From an uncultured delta proteobacterium (GTDB lineage: Bacteria; Myxococcota_A; Polyangia; Polyangiales; Polyangiaceae), in the NCBI GenBank assembly GCA_963806225.1, contig CAWDXG010000004.1, positions 768,001-832,000 on the forward strand: DNA of 64,000 nucleotides. Reading direction: 5' to 3'. Positions 50,463 through 58,592 of this stretch are shown in pieces (positions within the stretch are counted from its first letter, which is position 1; the number at the start of each line of letters is the position of its first letter). Under the pieces are notes generated by a model. The model was given only the letters and a program-made list of their open reading frames with translations, did no database searches and was not told where the DNA came from. The translations under genes and the position numbers were made by a program.

Positions 50463-51619
50463 TTCGCCTTCTCCACCTTGACGACGAGATCCACCGTGTG
50501 ATGCTTCGCGTCCAGGTGCGGGTCGGGGTCCACGTCGAGCGAAGCGTGGCCGCGCCACAGATGATAGTCGCGGATGCGTTCGAGCCCGGCCAAGAACCGC
50601 GATCGGTTGAACACCTCGCCGCGCTTCATGCCGAGTAGCTTCCGGTACGTGGCGGAGCTGGCGACCAGTCGGCCGTGGAACCTGAGCTGTCCGAGCTGGA
50701 ACACCGGGCCCTCGTCCACGCGGAGATGGACCGTCAGCTTGTGGTTGTCGTGCAGCGTGACGCGCGGTTCGCCGATCTGCGCTGCGAGCATGCCGCGGTC
50801 GTAGTAGACCGCCGAGAGCCAGACCTTGTCCTGCTCGAGCAGGTCGGCGCGGTAGGGCTTGCCGGGCGCATTGACCTTGCCGCCGCCGGTGTGGAGCGCT
50901 CCCACCAGCGTGGCGTCGTCGACCCTCTGGTTACCGTCGAACACGACGCGGTCGACGACGAACCGCGGGCCGCGCTCTGCCAAAATGCACAGATCCACCG
51001 TGTGCGCGTCCACGGCCCGGCCGCGCACCTCGGCCCGCGCCGCCAGGTGTCCATCGTCCCGGGCGGCGGAAACGAACGCGGCGGCGCGACGCTGCAGGCG
51101 CGCGGGGTCGTACAGATCGCCGGGGTGCACGCCCAGGCGTGCGTCGTGATCGCCGTCCGTGAAAATGCTACCGACCAGGCGCCGTTCGCGGAGGACGTAC
51201 GCGAGCACCACGCCGCCCGCGTCCGGCTCGACCACGGCGCGCACGCCGGAGAACGCCTCGAGCCGCCAGATGCGCTGCAGGTCGGCGGCCACCACCCGGG
51301 AGTCAAGCGGCTTTCCAGCCTTCATCTGCACCACCCCGCGCACCAGCCTGGGCGGCACCGGTCGGGCGTTGCGGATCACGACACGCGTCACCTTCGTGCC
51401 GGAAGGGATCTCTGCCGCCGGCAGATCGGACCAGTGGGGCGCCGGCAGACCCGCCGCGGCGCAGGCGGGCCCGCGACGATGGGCGACGTTGCGGGCAGCC
51501 GACGTCGAACGCACCGATGCGGAGGGACGCGCCGGAGCACAGGCGCCCATCAGACCAAGCGCGATCAGGGCCGGAAGTACTGCTGGATGCTGGCGTGCCC
51601 GTACAGCCCGGCCATCCAT
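50459..51619 (-). CDS. Stand-alone POTRA-repeat protein (about 4 POTRA domains, no beta-barrel), probable lipoprotein
   Basis: BamA-like repeats: V..V.F.GN, D...L...Y...G, V.EG..F, G.VFNRS. The ORF ends after the fourth repeat. LMGAC lipobox-like motif; start is uncertain. Confidence 0.75.
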   Translation of the reverse strand: MDGRAVRARQHPAVLPALIALGLMGACAPARPSASVRSTSAARNVAHRRGPACAAAGLPAPHWSDLPAAEIPSGTKVTRVVIRNARPVPPRLVRGVVQMKAGKPLDSRVVAADLQRIWRLEAFSGVRAVVEPDAGGVVLAYVLRERRLVGSIFTDGDHDARLGVHPGDLYDPARLQRRAAAFVSAARDDGHLAARAEVRGRAVDAHTVDLCILAERGPRFVVDRVVFDGNQRVDDATLVGALHTGGGKVNAPGKPYRADLLEQDKVWLSAVYYDRGMLAAQIGEPRVTLHDNHKLTVHLRVDEGPVFQLGQLRFHGRLVASSATYRKLLGMKRGEVFNRSRFLAGLERIRDYHLWRGHASLDVDPDPHLDAKHHTVDLVVKVEKAK

Positions 51620-52155
51620 CGTCTGCGCTCCCGTTCCATGATGTGCGCGCGTGCCGTGTCGTCCTCGCCGTCGATCCGCACGTGGTGCTTGCGCATGAAC
51701 GCGTACAGCAGCTGGCTCTCGACGAGCTGACGTTGGAGCTCCGCCCGGTATTCCTGTTCGGTCATGCCCGCCGCGCGCACCCGCGCGAGCAGTTCCGCCC
51801 GCTTCATGTGGTTGTGGACCGCGACCAGGGCGAGGGTGCGGTCGACCGCCGCGCGGTCCATCGAGATGCCCGCATCGCGTGCGGCGCGCTCGACCAGGCG
51901 TTCCTCGATCAGACGCTTCATCAACCCGCGGTACAGTTTCCGGAGAGCGCGCTGACGGCGGAGTCCGGGTACCCCCGGCGTCGGGTGCAAGAACGGCGCG
52001 GCACGCCGCCGCAACGCCGACAGCAGGATCGGCTCACCCTCGACGACCGCCACAATCCGGTCGAACACCACCGGCGTCGTGACGTGGGGCTCCGCCCGGG
52101 CAACACCGGAAGAGAGCAGCGCGAACGCCACCGCAGCTGCCAGGCCGTTTCTCAC
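51565..52155 (-). CDS. SurA N-terminal-domain chaperone (no PPIase domain)
   Basis: Signal peptide ARA-E; DRIVAVVEGEPILLS, LIEERL...A...I and G.T..EYR..L..QL motifs. Confidence 0.8.
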   Translation of the reverse strand: MRNGLAAAVAFALLSSGVARAEPHVTTPVVFDRIVAVVEGEPILLSALRRRAAPFLHPTPGVPGLRRQRALRKLYRGLMKRLIEERLVERAARDAGISMDRAAVDRTLALVAVHNHMKRAELLARVRAAGMTEQEYRAELQRQLVESQLLYAFMRKHHVRIDGEDDTARAHIMERERRRWMAGLYGHASIQQYFRP

Positions 52156-52167
52156 GCCGGAACAACT

Positions 52168-52183
52168 AGCAAGCGATGTGCCC
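52168..52183 (-). promoter_or_regulatory. Putative sigma54 -24/-12 motif (overlapping an extended -10-like TGcTAGTTG)
   Basis: Minus strand GGGCACATCGCTTGCT is GG-N10-GC, 12 nt before the GTG start. Confidence 0.45.
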
Positions 52184-52285
52184 GCGGTAGCCGGCCTCCA
52201 GAAGCTGCGCGCACCCCCGACTGTGCACCGCCGTTCATGAGGTGTGCGCTCCGGTCACGCTCTGGCGCGCCCAGCCGCTCGCGTC

Positions 52286-54214
52286 TCAGCTCGCCACAGC
52301 GTTGGAGTCGGCCGTCTGGCCCTGCAGCGGCAGCGTGACGATGAACGTCGCGCCGTGGCCCAGCTCGCTCTCGACGCGGATGTCGCCGCCGTGGGCCTCG
52401 GCAATCCCCTTCGCGATCGACAGCCCAAGACCAGCGTCGGCGCTACGCGCCTGGGCGCCCTGCCAGAAGCGATCGAACAGGTGGGGGATCTGGTCCGGGG
52501 GGATGCCCGGACCGGTGTCGGAAACCGCCACCTCCACCTGCTCTCCGGCGCGCCGCACCCGGATGCCGACGCGGCCCCCGCGCGGAGTGAACTTCAAGGC
52601 GTTGGACACCAGATTGCCGACGAGCTGGAGCATGCGCAAACGGTCGACCCACGCCTCCGCTACGTCGGCATCGACCAACGTCCAGAGCTCTATGGCCCGG
52701 TCCCCGGCCTCGGGCCGCGCCAGAGCGAGTACCTCGTCGACGATTTCCGGGACGGACTCCGGCTGCGGATGGACGGCGAAGGTTCCCGACTCCAGCTTCC
52801 CGGCCAGCAGCAGGTCGCCGAGCAGCTGGTTCGCAAGCGCTACCGCGTCGAGGATCGCGCGCGGCCCTGGCTCGTCGGGATGCCGCCGCGCGATCAATCT
52901 CGCCGTCAGCGAGATGCCGTTGAGCGGGCCGCGCAGGTCGTGCGAGACGACGCCGAGGACATCGTCGCGAAGCCGCGTCGCCTCGAGCGACGCCGCGTAG
53001 AGCCTCGCATTGTCGATCGCCGCGGCAGCCCGATCGGCGAGTCCCTCGCCAAGCGTCACGTCGGCGTCGTCGAAGGCGTCACGCCCGGAGCGCCTGAGCA
53101 GCACCAGCTCGCCGATGGCGCGATCGCGCGCGACGAGCGGCACGAAAAGCAAGGAGCATGGCGCCGCGCCCAGGCCCTCGCGCGCCAGGGAAGCGACTCC
53201 GAGCCAGTCCGCCGCGGTCACTTCGATGCGCTCCGCCTTGCGTGACGCGAGGACCCGGCGGAGCACGCGGCTCCACGGCTCGCGGTCAAGCAACTGGCGC
53301 ACGTCCGCACGGGCGCCGCCGGCCCGAGGACGGTGCCCCGCGCCGATCCCGGGCAGCAGATCCACAACGCAGGCATCGGCAAAGTGCGGAACCAGGAGCC
53401 GCGCGAGATCGCCGGACATCGTCTCCGGGTCGAGCGAGGTAACGAGCAATCTGCCGGCATCCGCCAGAAGCCGGATCGCCTCCTCGGCGCGCTTGCGACG
53501 GGTGAGGTCGTTGATCTGCATGCTGGTGCACTCGACTCCGGTCACGTCGCGGAAGATCGCCGACGAGACCTCCGCCGAAAATGGCCTCCCGCCCTTCCTG
53601 AGGCAGGTCAGCTCGCCGTGGGCGTGACCATCGCGCCGGCGCGCCTCCAGAAACGCCCGGCTGCGCGGGTCGGTCATGTCGACGAGGAGTGCACGGCCGC
53701 CCCTGCAGATCTCTTCCTCGGTCATCTCGAACATGCGGCATGCCGCCGGGTTCGCCGCGAATATCCCGCCGTTGGGCGCCGTGAGCAGCAGCGCACCCAG
53801 GCTCTGCTCGAAGAGCGCGCGGTGCCGCGCCTCGCGCTCCCTGAGCTCGTCCTCGGCCCGCTTCTGCTCCGTCACGTCCCGAAAGTAGACGGTGAGCCCA
53901 GCGTCGGACGGGTACGCCCGGAACGCCACCCAGCGATGACGGACTGGAGCAAAGAGTGAAAACTCGTGCGGAGCCTCCCCCGCGGCCGCGCGCCTGAGTT
54001 CCCTCTCCACCTCGGTCCCGGCCGCGTCCGGAAACGCTTCCAGCAGCCCGAGGCCAAGCAGCTCCTCGCGGGTGCGCTCGAAGTACCGCTCCGCACTCCG
54101 GTTGATGTACGCGATCCGCCACCGTTGGTCGTACACGATGATGCCGTCGCTGATGCGATCGAGCGCGTCCACCAACGCTTGCTCCGACGTCCGCTCTGCC
54201 CGCTCCCCCGGCAT
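52286..54214 (-). CDS. PAS-PAS-GAF sensor histidine kinase (cytoplasmic, orphan)
   Basis: Two PAS domains ending D(V/L)T..K.AEE, a GAF region, SHDLRGPL H-box, NLVSNALKF, DTGPGI and GLGL motifs. Confidence 0.92.
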   Translation of the reverse strand: MPGERAERTSEQALVDALDRISDGIIVYDQRWRIAYINRSAERYFERTREELLGLGLLEAFPDAAGTEVERELRRAAAGEAPHEFSLFAPVRHRWVAFRAYPSDAGLTVYFRDVTEQKRAEDELREREARHRALFEQSLGALLLTAPNGGIFAANPAACRMFEMTEEEICRGGRALLVDMTDPRSRAFLEARRRDGHAHGELTCLRKGGRPFSAEVSSAIFRDVTGVECTSMQINDLTRRKRAEEAIRLLADAGRLLVTSLDPETMSGDLARLLVPHFADACVVDLLPGIGAGHRPRAGGARADVRQLLDREPWSRVLRRVLASRKAERIEVTAADWLGVASLAREGLGAAPCSLLFVPLVARDRAIGELVLLRRSGRDAFDDADVTLGEGLADRAAAAIDNARLYAASLEATRLRDDVLGVVSHDLRGPLNGISLTARLIARRHPDEPGPRAILDAVALANQLLGDLLLAGKLESGTFAVHPQPESVPEIVDEVLALARPEAGDRAIELWTLVDADVAEAWVDRLRMLQLVGNLVSNALKFTPRGGRVGIRVRRAGEQVEVAVSDTGPGIPPDQIPHLFDRFWQGAQARSADAGLGLSIAKGIAEAHGGDIRVESELGHGATFIVTLPLQGQTADSNAVAS

Positions 54215-54285
54215 ACTGGTTACGAATATGCCCACTTCGATACCCGGCGACAAGCTGCCCGGGCGCGATTTCGCCGCGCAAGCCG

Positions 54286-56331
54286 TCAGTCCGGCCGCGC
54301 GCCCCGCGCGACCCCCGCCGACTCGAGCAGCGACCACGGCGGGATCCAGCCGATCATCACGAACAGGGCGTCGTACTCCAGGCGGCGGGAGCCGCTCGGG
54401 ATGCGCAACACGAGCTCGTCGCCGATCTCGTCGACGTGGCTCTCGAGCTCGAGTGCGATGCGGCCGCTCTGGACCAGGCGCTCGAACTCGTCGATGTTGC
54501 GCTGCTTTCCCCGGCGGTGCGCCGTCCCGCGGTAGCAGACGGTGATCTCCGTGTCGGGTTGCTGGGCGAGCGCGATGGCGGCTTCCATCGCCACGTCGCC
54601 GAGACCGACGATCACGACGCGCTGACCGGCAAGGCTACGCGCGTCGGCCAGGTGGTAGAAGACGTGGTTCTGCGCGCTCTCGGGGATCTCGACCGGGAGC
54701 TTCCGGGGCGTGCCGCGGCGCCCGCTCGCGAGCAGCACCCGGCGCGCGCGAACCACCTGCTCGTTGCCGTCCGCATCCAGCGATCGGAGGCTGAACGAAC
54801 GCTCGTTCCCCTGCCCTCCAGGCTCGATCGCCGTCACGCGGCGGCCTTCCTCCACTGGCAGCTTTTCGCGCCGCACGATGCGCAGCCAGCGTCCCAGTAG
54901 CTCCTCCTTGGTGCTCTCTTCCAGCCACAGATCCCCCACGCGGGGCATCCCCAGAGGCTGGTCGAACACCAGCTTGCCGCGCGGGAAGCTCTTGATGCTG
55001 GCCGCCACGCTGCTCTGCTCGAGCACGACGAAGTCGAGCCGCTGTTCCTTCGCCTCGAGCGCGGCGGAAATGCCGGCGGGCCCCGCGCCGACAATAGCGA
55101 GATCCAGCATGGCGCCGTCCCGCGCTCCCTTCAGCGAGCGCGCGATGGCACGCACGGCGTGCGCGCCCTGATTGATGGCGTTGCGGATGAGCGGCAGGCC
55201 CGTCAGATCGCCCGCGAGGTACAGCCCCGGACAATCACGCGACTCGAGCGCATCATCAACCCCCGGCCTGTCCTCTACGGGCTCGCCCGAGCGCACCACC
55301 AGCGAGCCGTTCGGACACGCCTGCTCGCACAGCGTCAGTCCGCAGCAGTCGTCGGGACGAGCAACCGTCGCTACGTAGCGCCGCACTTCGATCACGTCGT
55401 AGGGGCAAACGTCCACGCACGCGTAGCAGCCGAGGCAGGTCGCAGTATCAATCTGCGGCAGACGCACCACGTCCGCGGCGCGGGGGACGGAGGACGGCTC
55501 GACGCGCCCCCCGCGCCGCGAGAGCAGGCGTTCGAAAGCGAGAGCCAGGAGCGCGGCGACAAGTCCCGCTCCGAGCCAGCCGGCGGGGCCGTAGACCGCC
55601 CCGCTGAGTAGCGTGTCCGGACGCGCGACCAGCGCACGCGCGCTCTGCCAGGCTGCGTCGCGCGAGGCCGGTTTGGCCGCGACGCGCGCGCCGCCGTGTC
55701 CGGCCTGCCCCACCCGGCGGTGCTCGTCGAAGCACACATCGACGCGCACCGCCCCGACGCCGACAAGACACGCCGCCACGGGATCGGAGGGCGAACGGAG
55801 ATCGTGGCAGCCCGCGCACGCGCCAGCGCGCACCAGCGGGACGTTCACGGCGCGGGTCAGGGGCGGGCCCGGCGTGCCGGCGAGCGGTTTCTCCCAGCCG
55901 CTGCCGTAGCGGAGGACGCGTCCGCCGGGCAGGAGCGCCAGGCCCTCGTTGTGGCGGTGCACGGCATGGCACGTCGGGCAGCCCAGCCTGCCGCGGCGCG
56001 CGAGCTGGCGATGCGCCGGCCTGGTGGAAGGATGCGCGCCGTGGCAACGCACGCACGCTCTGCCGGGCGGGCCCTCTTCGTGACACGACCCGCATTCGAG
56101 TCCCGCCAGCCGATGCGGGCGCGAGAGCGGTCCGGGGGATCGCAGCGCCGCAAGGCCGGTGCTGGAGGCGATGGCGCCCACCGCCGCGACCACCGCCACG
56201 GCGATCGCCACGAGCAGACCGCGGAAGCGCCGCACGTCGCTGGTCTCCTCTGCCCGCGGCGCGCGGCGCCGCCGGGGCCGAGGAGCGCTCTTCAGCGACA
56301 GCAACGGAGCAGGCCTGTTCCGGTCGCTCAT
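54286..56331 (-). CDS. Membrane-bound tetraheme cytochrome c + 2x[4Fe-4S] ferredoxin + TrxR-type FAD/NAD(P)H oxidoreductase fusion
   Basis: TM helix; CGSCH, CVRCH, CPTCH, CAGCH; second TM helix; CLGCYACVDVCP and CCGLTLCEQACP; GLYLAGD; IVGAGPAG; VGLGDVAMEAA; F.MIG. ATGA overlap. Confidence 0.85.
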   Translation of the reverse strand: MSDRNRPAPLLSLKSAPRPRRRRAPRAEETSDVRRFRGLLVAIAVAVVAAVGAIASSTGLAALRSPGPLSRPHRLAGLECGSCHEEGPPGRACVRCHGAHPSTRPAHRQLARRGRLGCPTCHAVHRHNEGLALLPGGRVLRYGSGWEKPLAGTPGPPLTRAVNVPLVRAGACAGCHDLRSPSDPVAACLVGVGAVRVDVCFDEHRRVGQAGHGGARVAAKPASRDAAWQSARALVARPDTLLSGAVYGPAGWLGAGLVAALLALAFERLLSRRGGRVEPSSVPRAADVVRLPQIDTATCLGCYACVDVCPYDVIEVRRYVATVARPDDCCGLTLCEQACPNGSLVVRSGEPVEDRPGVDDALESRDCPGLYLAGDLTGLPLIRNAINQGAHAVRAIARSLKGARDGAMLDLAIVGAGPAGISAALEAKEQRLDFVVLEQSSVAASIKSFPRGKLVFDQPLGMPRVGDLWLEESTKEELLGRWLRIVRREKLPVEEGRRVTAIEPGGQGNERSFSLRSLDADGNEQVVRARRVLLASGRRGTPRKLPVEIPESAQNHVFYHLADARSLAGQRVVIVGLGDVAMEAAIALAQQPDTEITVCYRGTAHRRGKQRNIDEFERLVQSGRIALELESHVDEIGDELVLRIPSGSRRLEYDALFVMIGWIPPWSLLESAGVARGARPD

Positions 56332-58592
56332 CGCGCCATCACCCCCACCACGTGCAGCACGAGCAGCACGAGCAGGACTCCGCCCAGCACGAGGTGCAAC
56401 GGCAGCCAGCCGCGCAGGAGCGCCGTCAAGGCGCGCCGCGCCGGTAACGCCCTGAGCTCCACCACCGTGCGCAGCACGTCGTCCAGACCGTCGAGTTTGT
56501 CGCCTCCGCGGCCTTCGAGCACCTGCTCGACGCGCCGGCGCAGGCGCTGCTGCTCCTTGCGCAGGCTGCGTCCGGACAGGACCAGAAACAGCGAGCCGAA
56601 CGGACGCCGCGAATAGGGCACGAGCAGCTTGTCCACGATCGCCTTGAGCAGATCGCTGCGCCCGCTCGCATCGCGGTAGAGCCGCGCGACCAGCGCCTCG
56701 CGTTCGCGAGCCAGATCCTCCGGCAGTGCGCCGCGCCGTTCGATCCGCGACAGGCGGTCCGGCAGAGCGCGGTACACCAGCAGACCCGCCACACCCAGGA
56801 GCGCCACCCACCAGAAGCCGAGGTTCAGCGCACCCGCGACGTTCGGCGGAAAGCGCAGACCTGCGTGCAGCGCGACCGCGCCCATCGCAACGAGCCCGAG
56901 CGCCACGTGCAGCGTCGCGTGGGGGCGCACGCGCGAACGCGCTGCCAGACGCGGCCCGGGGTCTCCCGCTACCTGGCGCGCCGCACTGGGCGCCTCGCGC
57001 GGCCTGAGCCAGTAGCGCACGCCGCGCTTGGGAAACACGTACGCGCCGAGCGCGAGGCAGAGCAGCCCCGCGCTCGATCCTGTGGCCAGCGCGGGCAACG
57101 CGAGACCGGCCGTACCAAGCCCCAGCGCCAGCCCTCCCAGACCCATCGCGAACGCGAGCCCGAAGCCGACCGCGCGGCGCAACCAGCGCGGATCGTCGCG
57201 CTCCAGCGCGCGCCGGCCCGGAGCGCCGAACAGCCGCCGGACCTCCACGAAGTCCTGCGCAGGCTCCAGACGGAAGATCGACTCGGTCGGACACGCCGCC
57301 ACGCATGCCGGCGCCTCGTAGCCGCGGCACAGATCGCATTTGACAGCCAGGTCCGCCGAGAGCGCGCCCGCGTCGGGTCGCGACGCCATGCGGATGTTCT
57401 CCCAGGGGCACGCCTTGGCGCACGCGCCGCAGCCCGTGCACAGCTCATCACGGATGAACACCTCGCCGCGCGGGTCGCGGCCAATCGCGCCCGTCGGGCA
57501 ATCAATCATGCACACGGGGTTTTCGCAGTGCTGGCAGGAGTTGGGCAGAAGCAGGCTCTGCGGGTCACCCGCGCTGTCGAGCTTCGTGACGACCTTGTCG
57601 CCGCGCCGCACCAGTCGCGCCACGCCGTACAGCTCCGCGCACACCCACGCGCAGTGCCCGCAGCGCACGCAGCTCTGCTGGTCGATGGCCAGGAGCGATC
57701 GGGCCATCTGCATGCGGTAGAGGTCGTGGAAGACGTGCTCGGTACTGCCGTCGCCCGCGGCGCCGACCACGTCCTCCTGCAGCGCCTGCCGATCGGCGGC
57801 GATGCGCCGCATCCGCGACAGGAGCCCCGGATTCCGATCCACGAGCGACCTGAGCGCGCGGCCCGGCACGCGCAGACAGCGGCAGTCGCCGAGGGCCACG
57901 GCCGTCATCGAGCGGCGCCCTGCGCCGAGCAGGTCCGTGTCGCCGAAGAAGTCCCCGCGCGCGAGGTACGCCCGCACCTGGATGCGGCCGTCGTCGGCGG
58001 TCGAGAGCTGCACCAGTCCGTCGGTAACGAGCAAGCAGTCGTCGGCGGGATCGCCCTCCACGAAGATGCGTTCGGCGCGGCGGAACGTGGCGGGCTGCAC
58101 CGCATCGAGCAACAGCTCCAGGTCGCGGTCGCCGAGATCGCGCGACAGCGCGAGCGTGCCGAGCAGGTCGCGCGTGGCTGTGCGGCGCAGCGCGCGCTCC
58201 TCGCGTTCCACCAGCGCCGACGCGCCGCTCTGTTCGGCCAGGCGCCGGAATACGGGCAGCGGCACCTCGGCGAGCTCCGTCGCTTCGACGGCGCGGGCGC
58301 CCGCGCGCCGTGGGCCGCCGAGCGCGGCGTCCTCGCCGAAGGTATCGCCCCGGCGTGCGGTGCGCACCACCGCCGGCTGCTCGTCGCCGCGCCGCACCGC
58401 TTCGATCGCGATCTCGCCGCGCACCACCACGTAGAATGCGTCGGACGGCTCGCCCTCGTCGTACACGCGCTCGCCGGCGCCTACCTCGAACAGGCGCCCT
58501 GCCCGCGACAGACCGCTGCGCGCGCGCGCGTCCAGACCGCGCAGCACCGGTGCATCGAACACCGGCGACGGCCAGCTTGCCGGCTCGCTCAC
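56328..58592 (-). CDS. 2x cNMP-binding + 4x[4Fe-4S] (DmsB/NrfC-type) + diheme-b-like membrane domain
   Basis: Two cNMP domains (GDTFGE...R.A; GDFFGD...RS.T); four Cys clusters; TM helices with two His pairs each 14 residues apart. GTGA overlap. Confidence 0.85.
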   Translation of the reverse strand: MSEPASWPSPVFDAPVLRGLDARARSGLSRAGRLFEVGAGERVYDEGEPSDAFYVVVRGEIAIEAVRRGDEQPAVVRTARRGDTFGEDAALGGPRRAGARAVEATELAEVPLPVFRRLAEQSGASALVEREERALRRTATRDLLGTLALSRDLGDRDLELLLDAVQPATFRRAERIFVEGDPADDCLLVTDGLVQLSTADDGRIQVRAYLARGDFFGDTDLLGAGRRSMTAVALGDCRCLRVPGRALRSLVDRNPGLLSRMRRIAADRQALQEDVVGAAGDGSTEHVFHDLYRMQMARSLLAIDQQSCVRCGHCAWVCAELYGVARLVRRGDKVVTKLDSAGDPQSLLLPNSCQHCENPVCMIDCPTGAIGRDPRGEVFIRDELCTGCGACAKACPWENIRMASRPDAGALSADLAVKCDLCRGYEAPACVAACPTESIFRLEPAQDFVEVRRLFGAPGRRALERDDPRWLRRAVGFGLAFAMGLGGLALGLGTAGLALPALATGSSAGLLCLALGAYVFPKRGVRYWLRPREAPSAARQVAGDPGPRLAARSRVRPHATLHVALGLVAMGAVALHAGLRFPPNVAGALNLGFWWVALLGVAGLLVYRALPDRLSRIERRGALPEDLAREREALVARLYRDASGRSDLLKAIVDKLLVPYSRRPFGSLFLVLSGRSLRKEQQRLRRRVEQVLEGRGGDKLDGLDDVLRTVVELRALPARRALTALLRGWLPLHLVLGGVLLVLLVLHVVGVMAR

